A model generated the notes under the pieces. That model saw only the letters and a program-made list of their open reading frames with translations, was not told the DNA's origin and did not search any database. Below, piece after piece: positions 1 to 10,500 of a stretch of 64,000 bases of DNA. Location: NCBI GenBank assembly GCA_040285745.1, contig JAUFOR010000006.1, forward strand, positions 186,001 through 250,000, in the 5' to 3' direction. Position numbers and translations under genes: made by a program. How positions within the stretch are numbered: position 1 is the stretch's first letter; the number at the start of each line of letters is the position of its first letter. Source of the DNA: Barthelona sp. PCE. Its lineage: Eukaryota.

Positions 1-241
1 CACATTTCTTTTTTTTAGCTAAATAATACATATACGTGTCATTTTGTCCATTTTTTGACAATTTTATATCACTCTCCATTGGAGATGAAACGAGAGAAAT
101 TTGTTTTTAAAATCAATTATTTATTTATAAACAGGAAAGTTTATAAGTATCATGGTTGACAGTTTTCTTATTCCTCTTACTTCAACGTCAACATATTATT
201 GATGAATTACACAAAAAAGAAAAAACTACACTTGTTTAATT

Positions 242-685
242 TTACTGTTCAGCTTTAGCATTACCAGAAGCTAAAGCCTCTGTCTTCTGAATAAAGAGAC
301 TCTTTAAACTTCTTAATAAACTAGTTCTATCCTGAATTGAACCCTCTAATTGTTGAATTTGTTGAGATAACTCATCATGACGACCTTCAAAATATGTTTT
401 AGCTTGTTCAGCGTTTCTTTCAACATAAATCTTTCCTCCAATACCAACTAGGAAATCAGTCTTTGCAATTTGTCCAGGTAGGTAGATGCTTTCTGTAATA
501 GGTACAAGTAGTTCTTTTGTCTCTACGCCATCCTTGTGGTCATCAATTACTGAAACAGCTTTGTTAAGACGGACAGAGATTTGCCTTAATGATCCGTAAT
601 GCGATGTTAGCAAATTTATCTCGCGTTCCATGTTCTCAATGGCAGCTTTAAGCTGTTCTGGTGTAAAGTCTTGAGGAGAAGTCAT
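242..685 (-). CDS. PFDN5: Prefoldin alpha subunit 5
   Basis: 147 aa: coiled coil, then LLVPITESIYLPGQI...FLVGIGGKIYVERNAEQAKTYF (the alpha-prefoldin double beta-hairpin), then coiled coil. Confidence 0.85.
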   Translation of the reverse strand: MTSPQDFTPEQLKAAIENMEREINLLTSHYGSLRQISVRLNKAVSVIDDHKDGVETKELLVPITESIYLPGQIAKTDFLVGIGGKIYVERNAEQAKTYFEGRHDELSQQIQQLEGSIQDRTSLLRSLKSLFIQKTEALASGNAKAEQ

Positions 686-1122
686 TATATAAGTGAAAAA
701 AAGGTATTACAAGTTTAAATAAAAGGATAACAAAGTATAACAAGCAAAAACTTACTCAATGTGCATTGTGTAAATGCAAAGTGGTTTGACAGCATGGATT
801 ATACCTGTTCCTGTATAAATATTAGCTCTAACAGCTTACAAACGCTTTGCGCAATGCCTTGAAAAAAAGCTTTTATTCACGTATATAATTTGAGTCTAAC
901 GACACACTTGAAGAATGATAAGCCTCATAATAACCACAAACAATGAACAACACATCATCAATATATATATCTTGTGCTAATGAGTATATCACATTATATG
1001 GTAAAGGAATTCCCGTTATGAGTATAGTGATTAATAATAAGTTCTATTTATGGTTCAAACCAGATCAAAAAGTAAGACAAAGAGAAAGAGAAAGTGAAAC
1101 TCACTACCGGTAGTAAAAATAT

Positions 1123-2379
1123 TTACTGCTGTTTACACACAGTAGGGTCTTCATTGATCATACGAACAGTCTCAGCTAAAGAATATTCAAACTCACAATT
1201 GATGAACCTCTCCACACACATATTCAAAGTCATAGCTGTATTATCCTCTTCCATATCTTCCATTATTTCCATGGTATTGGTGACATACTGTACAAGAAGA
1301 TTAAATAAGTCGAAATCATCATTGTAGTTCAATATTAATAAGAACAAGTTCAAAGTTTTCCTTATCGTAACTTCAGTAGCATTATTACTCAAACTAACAA
1401 TAGTTTCAAAAATTTTCATCTTTGATGTTTTTGTAATTTCTCCAGCTGTTGCAAATAAGAAACTCTCAAAAGTATATAATAATGATAATATTTCTTTTTC
1501 AGTCTTAAACTCAAATTTTTCTATCAAACTAATTAATAAACCCCATAATTCATCAAATAAGTGTAGAAATGCCATATCTCCAACTACCTTACATGTTGCA
1601 GATAAATCTAAATCATCTAAAGAAGTAAGAAGTAATGGGTATAAAGATTTTTGATTCCATTCATCAATCTTACTCAACACATCATCATCAAAAAAGTCTT
1701 CTGAAGCAGTTGAAATTAACATTTCAGATATAGCACCGAGAATTGAATTGGATAATTTGCAAAAATTTTCTAAAGAAGTTAAAAAATAAGCTGCAAATTT
1801 GGGATATAACTCTATTAAACCACAGAAAGATGCTCCCATAGATACGTTATGATACTTGGGATCAATAACATTCAATACTTTCTTCATAAACTCCATAATA
1901 ATTTTTATAGAATCACTGCTAGTAAAAAACTTATATAATTCATTTGCACCAAAAAAATGATTCATGAACTCGTTTAGTTCTTCAGTCCAATCAAACTGTT
2001 CCCATAATAAGTTCTTCATTAGCTCAATCATATGAAGAACAAAACCTGCATTTTCAGCCGTAATAATAGGTTGTTGTGACCATACACAGACAGTTGCTTC
2101 GATAACATTAGTACCCAATTCTTCCATTTCGTTAACAGACTCTGCAAATTTCACATCACCTGTAAAATTTTTCAAAGCTTCTACAATCATTGTTTTGAGT
2201 TCCATGTCACTAACAACTGTGTCTGTTCCAAGCCACTTTACCAGCTGCTTGGCAACAACTAGTTCAATTTTTTTACCTTGCTCAGCTGAAAATAGAATCA
2301 ATGATTCCAAAATGCTTTTGGTGGGCACTAAGGCTTGTAAAACTACGTTTTGTAGCTCTTCAACTGTTAAAATAGACAT
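1123..2379 (-). CDS. Hypothetical all-alpha (ARM/HEAT-like) protein, 418 aa; paralogue of 2619..3371
   Basis: Long acidic helical ORF; likely start MSILTVEEL at 2379. Aligns by eye with the neighbour (LVKWLGTDTVV / LVSWLDSDVVV; FMNHFF / FMIYFV). Confidence 0.7.
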   Translation of the reverse strand: MSILTVEELQNVVLQALVPTKSILESLILFSAEQGKKIELVVAKQLVKWLGTDTVVSDMELKTMIVEALKNFTGDVKFAESVNEMEELGTNVIEATVCVWSQQPIITAENAGFVLHMIELMKNLLWEQFDWTEELNEFMNHFFGANELYKFFTSSDSIKIIMEFMKKVLNVIDPKYHNVSMGASFCGLIELYPKFAAYFLTSLENFCKLSNSILGAISEMLISTASEDFFDDDVLSKIDEWNQKSLYPLLLTSLDDLDLSATCKVVGDMAFLHLFDELWGLLISLIEKFEFKTEKEILSLLYTFESFLFATAGEITKTSKMKIFETIVSLSNNATEVTIRKTLNLFLLILNYNDDFDLFNLLVQYVTNTMEIMEDMEEDNTAMTLNMCVERFINCEFEYSLAETVRMINEDPTVCKQQ

Positions 2380-2618
2380 TAAATAAAAAGATAAAGAATA
2401 TATATGTGAATGCATTCATTCGGGTTAAAACTCATATTCCACGCATTTATTAACAACTAAGACATTGCCATGATCGCTGTATACCAGTGCCAAGATGAAA
2501 TCTCAACAAACATTAACTCTTCAAAAACAATCTAAAGTGAACCAGCTTCAAAAAACTTATAAGCTCTGTCGTTTCAGTATAAAGAACATTGTCTATAGCG
2601 CGACACAACTTATAAAAA

Positions 2619-3371
2619 TCATTTAGATGCCATCAGCATGAAATTGTTTTTAATCCACTCTATCATATCATAACAAGAAGCACCACCTACCTCATGTGCC
2701 ATTGTTTTTTCTACTAGACGATTTAAACATTGAAGAGTTACATTGGTTAATGATGGTTGACGCTTCCAACATTTTAATATGAACATTCCAATAGGACCAT
2801 AGAAATCACTGAATCTATCATCCTTCAATGTTAAGAAACTAGAAATAAAAATGACCAACTTTTCAAGATTCTGAAAATCATCTGCAAAGAATTCAAAAAA
2901 ATAATCTAACATTTCAACAAAATATATCATGAATGGTTCTATATGCTGCTCGTTCACTAGTCCATGACATATCAGATGTGATAATAACTCCAGCGTTTGG
3001 ACAAACACCTTCGAAAAATCATCTATAACTTTCCTCTCTTGCACCCACTTCAATGCAGTTTTCTCAACAATGACACTCATTAACTCATCCCTTCCTTTTG
3101 CAAAGTCAACAAAAGTGGGCCCACTGGCAAGATTGGTCAGAACCCATAAAAGATTTTCTTTGTGTTCACCAACAACCACGTCTGAGTCAAGCCAGCTCAC
3201 CAATCGCTCCAGAACCAGAGTGCTGGTGACAACATGGCTCTCGTTTTGCATCATGAACTTTCGTAATACCGCCAAAAGAGTTGTATCAGGGTGGTTCAAG
3301 TCCAGTATATACTCAAAAGGCGTTTGGACGGCGATATCGTCGTCCTCCCATTCGCGCTTTACGGTTGGCAT
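2619..3371 (-). CDS. Hypothetical helical protein, 250 aa; shorter, possibly truncated paralogue of 1123..2379
   Basis: Likely start MPTVKREW at 3371, preceded by T-rich TTTTCAC; shares motifs with the adjacent gene. Confidence 0.6.
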   Translation of the reverse strand: MPTVKREWEDDDIAVQTPFEYILDLNHPDTTLLAVLRKFMMQNESHVVTSTLVLERLVSWLDSDVVVGEHKENLLWVLTNLASGPTFVDFAKGRDELMSVIVEKTALKWVQERKVIDDFSKVFVQTLELLSHLICHGLVNEQHIEPFMIYFVEMLDYFFEFFADDFQNLEKLVIFISSFLTLKDDRFSDFYGPIGMFILKCWKRQPSLTNVTLQCLNRLVEKTMAHEVGGASCYDMIEWIKNNFMLMASK

Positions 3372-3783
3372 TGTGTGAATCAGGAAAATCTGATGATAAT
3401 TAGGCTGAAAATGTGAAAACAAAAGTTTTGGCGCGGTCCAGCGTCCAGTGACGTATGTAGTGGTGTTTACTGAATATTTAGCCATGGAGCACGTCCTAAA
3501 AGGCGGCTGCTGCGAGCCGTACCCACAACGTAGCAAAAAAGTGCCCCATAATCAAACCAATGCCCTCACGCGCCCAAAATTTTATGTGCCACGCGCCATG
3601 AGCCCTGCGAACCACATCAATAAAACTGTGAGGGGATAGAAATGCAAATGCTGTTCTGTTTCACATTTGCGCTTTCTGTTTCCGCTTCACATGTATAATA
3701 TCATCTTTATATGCCACGCACAAGCACTAATATTTAGTATATACATGCTATCTCAATTTTCACCTGCATCATCACGGCTATTC

Positions 3784-6700
3784 ATGCCTAGGGTTCGTAA
3801 ATTCGAGGACGACCTTATCATCAGGGCATATCCCGAGGGGCAGATGATATTTGAGGGAGAGGGCGTAAGATTGCTTTCATCAAGAGAAAACAAAGATATC
3901 AGCCTCATTGAAAGCGCTATTGAAGACAAGGACTTTGTTGGGTATGTGGAGGATGCATGCGAGCCTCTTAAGTATACATCTAAACTAAGAGCTGGAGAAT
4001 TTTATATATTTCTATTCCTTATCCGTGGTTTGTTGGACTCATCTCCAAATAGTACGAGTATTTAAAAGCAAAGAAGGGCTGGCTAACATTACACGCTTCA
4101 ATAATGAAACAGTAGCTGTAGAGAACATTGTTCTTTCATCGGAACTGTACAGAGGCACATTCTGGGAGTCAAGAGACGGTGGAACGGTGGCCACGGTGCA
4201 TTTTTCCTGCATCAAAGTGTTTTCAATCCCATCATTGGAGGAGATTTTCAGTATTAGTACTTTTGGAAAGGTAACTGTGGGTTGTCTCAGCTTTGATGGC
4301 CAATTTCTAGCATTTTACGATGACAATGAGTATCACACACATGATGTTTACGCACAGACCTCAGTATCTTGCATTGGTTTTGCTGATGGAAATCAATGCT
4401 GGGTCAATTCGGAATTTCTTTTCGTACGTGTGGGAACCGATCATATACATAAGTTTTGCCACGATACAAGCAAGGGAGCAACAGTAATTAGAAGCTTCTC
4501 AATTATAGAAGAGGAAAAAGATGTATTTAGATGTATTTGGGCAAAACAGAACTCTGATTTTGGTAATAATTGCATTCTCACACTCCAAAATGATGAAGGT
4601 AGTCTATTAGAAACATATAATCATAGTGGATATATTTTTGCACTGAATAAGAGCATAAGTTCTGCGAGATATATTCTATTGATGAAAAATTCTTTTTCCA
4701 TCACACTTATTAATAGATTGACCAAAAAAAGTTATAATTATAAATTTAATACCGAAATAGAATCTTCTTACTTTTCCCCAGATGAAAGGCACTTCATTGT
4801 TGCGTTTAAAGATGGAATAGCAAAGATTCAGTCAGTCAAATACAAAAAAAACGTTACAACAGTACCATCATGGTGCACAGGGCCTTCTGTCACGTATGAA
4901 ATCGTCAACAATGATATAGTAGTGTACAAAACTCCGTCAGGTTCATTTTTCATTTCTGGTAATTCAATAATTGCATATGATCCAAAATATTTTGTCGAAA
5001 CTGTTACAAATGGCTATTTACTATTTTTTTCATCTAGGGTGGTGTACATGACGAAAAAAAAGTGTTTCTCAAAGAATCATGACCCTCACAACAAAACTAT
5101 TGTTAAAGTCACCAAAGATGCTGACTCCGTATTTCATGCTGAATTCGATGATGGCACGTTTATGTTCGTGGAGTGGAGCCAAGACGGTGGTTTTGGACGT
5201 ATTTTGTGTGATAGTTGCAATGGCAACGTTATTGATCTGAAATTTGAAATCTGTGATCTGAAATCGGAGATGGAAGTTCAAAAATCGGAGATGGAAGTTC
5301 AAAAATCGGAGATGGAAGCAAAGTTCCAAATCACTTTTGATGCGCTCAGTCAGCTGCTCCCCAACTCGGGCAGCCACGAGTTCAGCGAGCTGACGGAACA
5401 CGTCGACAGTTGTGCAGCCGCTATCCGTGAGCTCAAGATGCCACTTGACTCTTTGTTTGAGTGGCTGTCTTCCAACCCCAGTATTAGAACTTTCGAACAG
5501 ATCAGGTGCATGTTAGAGAGGGCCATCAGCTACGAATACAACATGAACAACATCATTTTTTCGTTTCACCTAGAAGGCTCTTTGTCCAACACGTTTTTCT
5601 CCCGGTTTTCGGATTTAGCAGCACAGTTCCCCATTGCAAAGGTGCTGAAAGAGAAGCCATATGCGCTTAAGTTGGACGAACTGAAGTGCTTAGACGTTTA
5701 CTTTAATGCTTATGATCAGTGTGTTGGGCTCAAGCTGAATGAGGTGCTCTCTGTGCTCATTGGCTTCACTGACAAGAGAAAGGCTCTAGACAGCATTGGT
5801 AATCAGGTACATGGGGTCATAAAAAGCGCGTATGAATCCATAGAAGCACAGAATGGTGATAATTCCTCTATTGATCCGCTCCATTCGCTTCGAGAGCAGC
5901 TGGAGCGCCATCGCTCGGACATCAACGCATGCGCATGTTCCCTTTTCACGGGTGCTAAAGCCCATCTGCTGAACGCGGTTGAGTCAAAAGACAGGCAGCT
6001 GAAGGATGCAATTTGCGAGTTGACAATTGCAGTGAATCTTGACAGCACGCTGGAGGAGCTGCAGCTCTCGACCATGGCGTTGCCCGACACCCCAAAGATA
6101 GCAGCTGCCTACGTATACTTAGATGGTAAGCTCAAGGAAGTCGGATTGCAGAACTGCGCGTTGGCGAGGGACGATTTGTTCATAAAATGCATTTGTGTCT
6201 CTAAAGAGGTCAGTGATTTGGACGTTAAGCTCGATGAGTTGTGCAGGGAGCTGCATGTTCTGACAAAGCGTCACCCGTACACCATTACGCTCAAAAACGT
6301 GGTGCTCGTCCCTGAAATGCATCACGGCAACGTTTCGTTGAGGTTCGTATGTCTTGAGCTTAAGCGGGCGCAATACAACCTTGAGCAGTACATGAATTCT
6401 GTGCCTGATCTGCAGTTGGAGACGAGGAACCGTATGGCACACCAGCTTGTAATGGGAGTGTTCACAATGCACACCAACAACATCATTCTGCGCGACCTAA
6501 ACCCTCGGAATGTTCTTGTTTTCGAGAGTGACGGAAATCCAGTTCTCAAGCTGTGCGGCTTCAACGTCAGTGCCGACAGCTCGCAGGCCCAGGGTACGTC
6601 AGTGGTAGGAACGGACGGCTACAGGTCGAGTGAGGTTGCTGAGGGACATGAGCACACGTTCTTGAGCGATGTTTTTTCGCTGGGAAGAACAATTGCGTTC

Positions 6701-6864
6701 ATTTACGCCCTGGACAGAACAAACATTTGAAACTCGATGTGCTTATGGACGGCGCGCCCTCTGCAATTATCAAGCGCTGCCAGGCACACAACGCCCATCT
6801 CAGACCGTCGGTGTACGAGCTTTTATCCCATGAGTGGTGCAGAAAATGGATCGGCAGAAAATGA
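3784..6864 (+). pseudogene. Frameshifted multidomain gene: 'MPR'-family beta-rich N-terminus, helical region, degenerate protein kinase domain
   Basis: ATG 3784 (MPRVRKFE). +1 shift between 3989 and 4062 into the 4025..6730 frame. Kinase motifs RELHVL, HPYTITL, LRDLNPRNVLV, GTDGY, SDVFSLG. A -1 shift at CCC 6708-6710 recovers subdomain XI (LRPSVYELLSHEW), ending TGA 6862-6864. Confidence 0.7.
5261..5318 (+). repeat. In-frame 21-bp tandem repeat, about 2.8 copies (KSEMEVQ)
   Basis: AAATCGGAGATGGAAGTTCAA at 5261-5281 and 5282-5302, partial copy at 5303-5318. Confidence 0.95.
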
Positions 6865-6999
6865 AATTCTTCGAAAAAACATACTATATAGAACAATTTA
6901 CTATGCATACATCAAGATATTACCACATGAACATGTGAATTCCAGTGAGGCCAACGTCTTGACTATATTTTAAACTATAAAGTATCTGTAAAACGCTAC

Positions 7000-7368
7000 T
7001 TACTCCTTGTCCAAACAAAAATCGACAATACCATCAATAATTGGATATCGTTGTTCACAAGAAGGGCATATGAGTGCACCAGTCTTGACGTCAATATCGT
7101 TGAGTGCATTGTGGAGAAGATTCAACAAATCTTCATCCTCAGCCCAATCGTTGGGAAGCTCTTCAGGTAATTCAACCTCTAAATCGCTTGCCCCGGATAA
7201 TAGATGCTCGTAAGAACACGAATCAACAAGCGTGCTCAACATTTCAAGATTGAGAGTGGTTTCATTAACAATAGTATCTTCAGCTTCAATTCGAAGCGGC
7301 TGTTCATTGGCTTCTGCCCTGCAACCTTCAGAGTTGCATGTAAAAATGTTATGGCCTCTAAGTTTCAT
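7000..7368 (-). CDS. TRM112: Multifunctional methyltransferase activator Trm112
   Basis: True start MKLRGHNIFTC at 7368; C-terminal LLHNALNDIDVKTGALICPSCEQRYPIIDGIVD is the Trm112 signature. Confidence 0.9.
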   Translation of the reverse strand: MKLRGHNIFTCNSEGCRAEANEQPLRIEAEDTIVNETTLNLEMLSTLVDSCSYEHLLSGASDLEVELPEELPNDWAEDEDLLNLLHNALNDIDVKTGALICPSCEQRYPIIDGIVDFCLDKE

Positions 7369-7522
7369 GATTGTAAAAGGGAGAAATTCGAATTCCACTT
7401 CTTCAAACTGTACTGACAAAAATACCGCCACATAATCATAATATACGTAAAAAGAGCTCAATGAGTATATTCACAAAAACAAAATGAATATCTGTTACAA
7501 TAATAATTTTACATTGTATATA

Positions 7523-10500
7523 CTACTCGACCACATGCTTACCAAGCATAATTATTCTGTCGGGTTCGTCACAGAGATCCATCTGTTCACCCATAACATC
7601 TATGAAACCTATGGTATTAGGAGTGAATGAACAACCTGTATAAATGTTAATTGCATAAGGATTTTCTGACTCTTGAGGTAGACTCACATTGTGTGTTTTT
7701 GGAACACTAAAGATACAATTAGGTTTAACCAAAGGTACTGCATCAATATCAACCTTTGAAAGGTATAAATTGGGTGAACTGACCGTGTGAGCATTTTTAG
7801 GTGGATTAAGTTGTAGTTGACCATTATGTGACATGTAAACATTGTTGGGGACAGACAATCCACTAAAACTGGGAATAATAGAAGATTTCTTCCCAGAAAC
7901 ATTAAGGAATGGTCGTAATGACATGAAAGAACGTGTAGAATGCATGAAAAGAAGAGATAAAACAGCTTCACCCCTGTTCTCCATTTGACTGAAGGATAAC
8001 ATACCATGTTCAGCTGATAACTCTTTCTCTACACGACGTTCTAGCATATGACTAAGAATAGAACCGGGGAAGAACTGAGTATTCTTCGGATATAAATGCC
8101 AATAATTAAGCTCCTTTGGATACGAACAACCTGTTGCAAAGAACCAATCATCTTCAAACTGTAACAGACCCTTCGAAGCAACGATAGCACCAATGTACTT
8201 CATTAGGTATGCAGTATGGAACTCCAAATTCCTCTTGAGCATTGCCATAGCAAAAGATAAGAACGAACTGGGTTGTTGTAAACTATCTTGAGAAGCTACA
8301 AATTCATTCATAGCAAGCGCCATAGGCTTCACTGTCCTACCCGTCATCTGTCCAATGACACGCATGCCGTTCTCGACTGTCTTCTCAGAGTCACTGAAAC
8401 CAATGGTGAATAACTGATTCCCAATCACCTTTGATAACTTGCGTACGCCGCTGACGGTGTTGTAAACGTTCAGGAATGAAGGGGCACATGCACTCTGGGG
8501 CACACCATCTGGAGCATTAACACCAATAACACAGGAATAAGGAATTCCAAAAGTTCGCTGAAGCTTGGGGAATTGTTCCCTAACCTTTGGCAAATCGGTG
8601 GATGAAATGATAGGGCAGCCAGGTAAAAACTCATTAGCATCAGAATTGGCAATCTCAAACATCCTCATAATATAGAATGCTAAAGTTGAACCTACCTTTG
8701 CGCCAAAGTCCTCACCAATAACCTTAGAGTTATGTATAGCAAATGCCTTAACCCAACCAGGTGTGAAACGTTGTAGTCCAACGAATTCCATAATGTTACT
8801 GAACACAATAAAGACAAAAACGATATTTGCTTTTAATTTCTCAAAGTTATATGACATGATACCTATTAAATAAGAGAAGCATTGACCGATCCTCACCAAA
8901 TTCAACGGTACTTCACCAATAACAAGAGGTAGAACATCCAACCACAAAGCGTTGCTGAAAGAAACAATCGATCCAAAGTGTTGATCACTGTCTAACTCGA
9001 AATACATGAATGGACATTGATATTTTGACTGATAAACCTTCCACATGTTATTTGTTACTGCAAACATAACCCTTGACTGTGAATCATTGTAAGCTTCAGT
9101 ACCATATAGTTCATATATTTCATCAATAAGTTCCTCAAGACCATCACAACTGATGACAATCATAACAAAAATACCAGGTTTTAATCGAGCAAACAAATCT
9201 TCTTTGTTCTTCAAATGCGCTACACATAATGAAATGATGTGGAATTTTCCCATAGCCATAGGTACTAAGAATGCCCCATTGAATAGAGGATATTGAGTCA
9301 CATCATGAGAATCAGTATAAAGCATGATTCGCTTATTACCGAAAATTTCATCGTATCTTCGACTGAAATCCATCATTTGATGTGCTGCAGAAGAATTAAC
9401 GTGTAACGATTGTCCAGGTGTTGAAGCGTTGTCCATGAAACGAGATAACAATAATGGTAGAACAGCATAAGATACCGGACCATATAAATTAGTTAAGTAT
9501 GGCTTTAACACATGGAAGAAGAATACAAACTCCTCAATTGGATTCATAACGGTGAAGGTCATAGGCAGCTGTTGGAAGACAAACCGCAACTCCACCTCGT
9601 TATAAACTGAGGCATCCACCGATTCAAAGAAACGCACTACGCTATCATCAACCGAAATGTTGAGCTTGGAGAAGAGGACATCACTCAGAATCGTCTGAAC
9701 AAGCGTGATTGTCAAAGCTACGCGCAGTGAGTTGTGAGAGCTGTTGAGGGATGATGCTGCTGCTGATAATGACATGTAGTCTGATCTATCAAGAGTATCC
9801 CACAAAACTTTCGATTTCTGATGATATTGAAGTTGATACTGTAATGCATTGTGCAACATAGCAGCGAAACGTTGCTCTTTAGGTATCTTGAATGCAACCA
9901 TTGAAAAGTAATGCTTGAGAACTTCTAACAAGTTTTGGATTCGACTATTAGAACCAACAGGAGCGCTTGTAGCCATGGTGCAGATACGCTTACATGTGTT
10001 AACGTAACGGAAAGTGTCATCCTGTGTATGTACAGAAATGAAATCGTTGAACATAGCTACGCTCAAAGTATTAACCTTGTGACGAACACATACATCACGG
10101 GCGACGATCTTATAAGGGTTGAAGTAGCTTTCCACCTCCTCATATTGTTTCAAGTCCACAGCTGCAGAGAAAATGTTGTAAAGTTTATCAAACAACTTCA
10201 AACCATCATCAATCTCAACATCATCTGCTTGTTCTTCCAGTTCCATCTCATCAAGAACCTTACTGCATTGAATGAATTCATTAGTAGTTCGATTGTTAAA
10301 GTGACGAAGCTTATTGAAGAGTGTAACTTGTTCACTCTCAAAGAGGACATGCGCACATATATGTTCGAGAGAGGACTGAGGCAGCTGGCTGGACATAGGG
10401 AAGAAAGTGACATCCATGTAAGGAATGGAAGACAATAATCCTGCATTCTCTAAAACGACAGAAAGTCTAAATGTTGGGGGAATCAGCACCATTTGACCGT

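Noticed and set aside
3453-3481. GTATGT...TGAATATTTAG, a 29-nt intron-like element
   Set aside because: It lacks CT at -11/-10 and is shorter than the supported introns. No ORF is repaired, and the same TGAATATTTAG occurs by chance inside the DUF1963 CDS.
3942-4058. An intron starting GTATGT (3942) or GTATAC (3972) as explanation of the first frameshift
   Set aside because: None of the downstream AGs (3989, 3991, 3997, 4052, 4058) restores the frame or matches CTHAYRTTTAG.
7369-7461. N-terminal extensions in the ORF track (TRM112, APC10, cupin, 2415, 3536, 51444, 56457)
   Set aside because: They begin at near-cognate or upstream codons in T-rich promoter DNA; homology or family pattern begins at the downstream ATGs used here.
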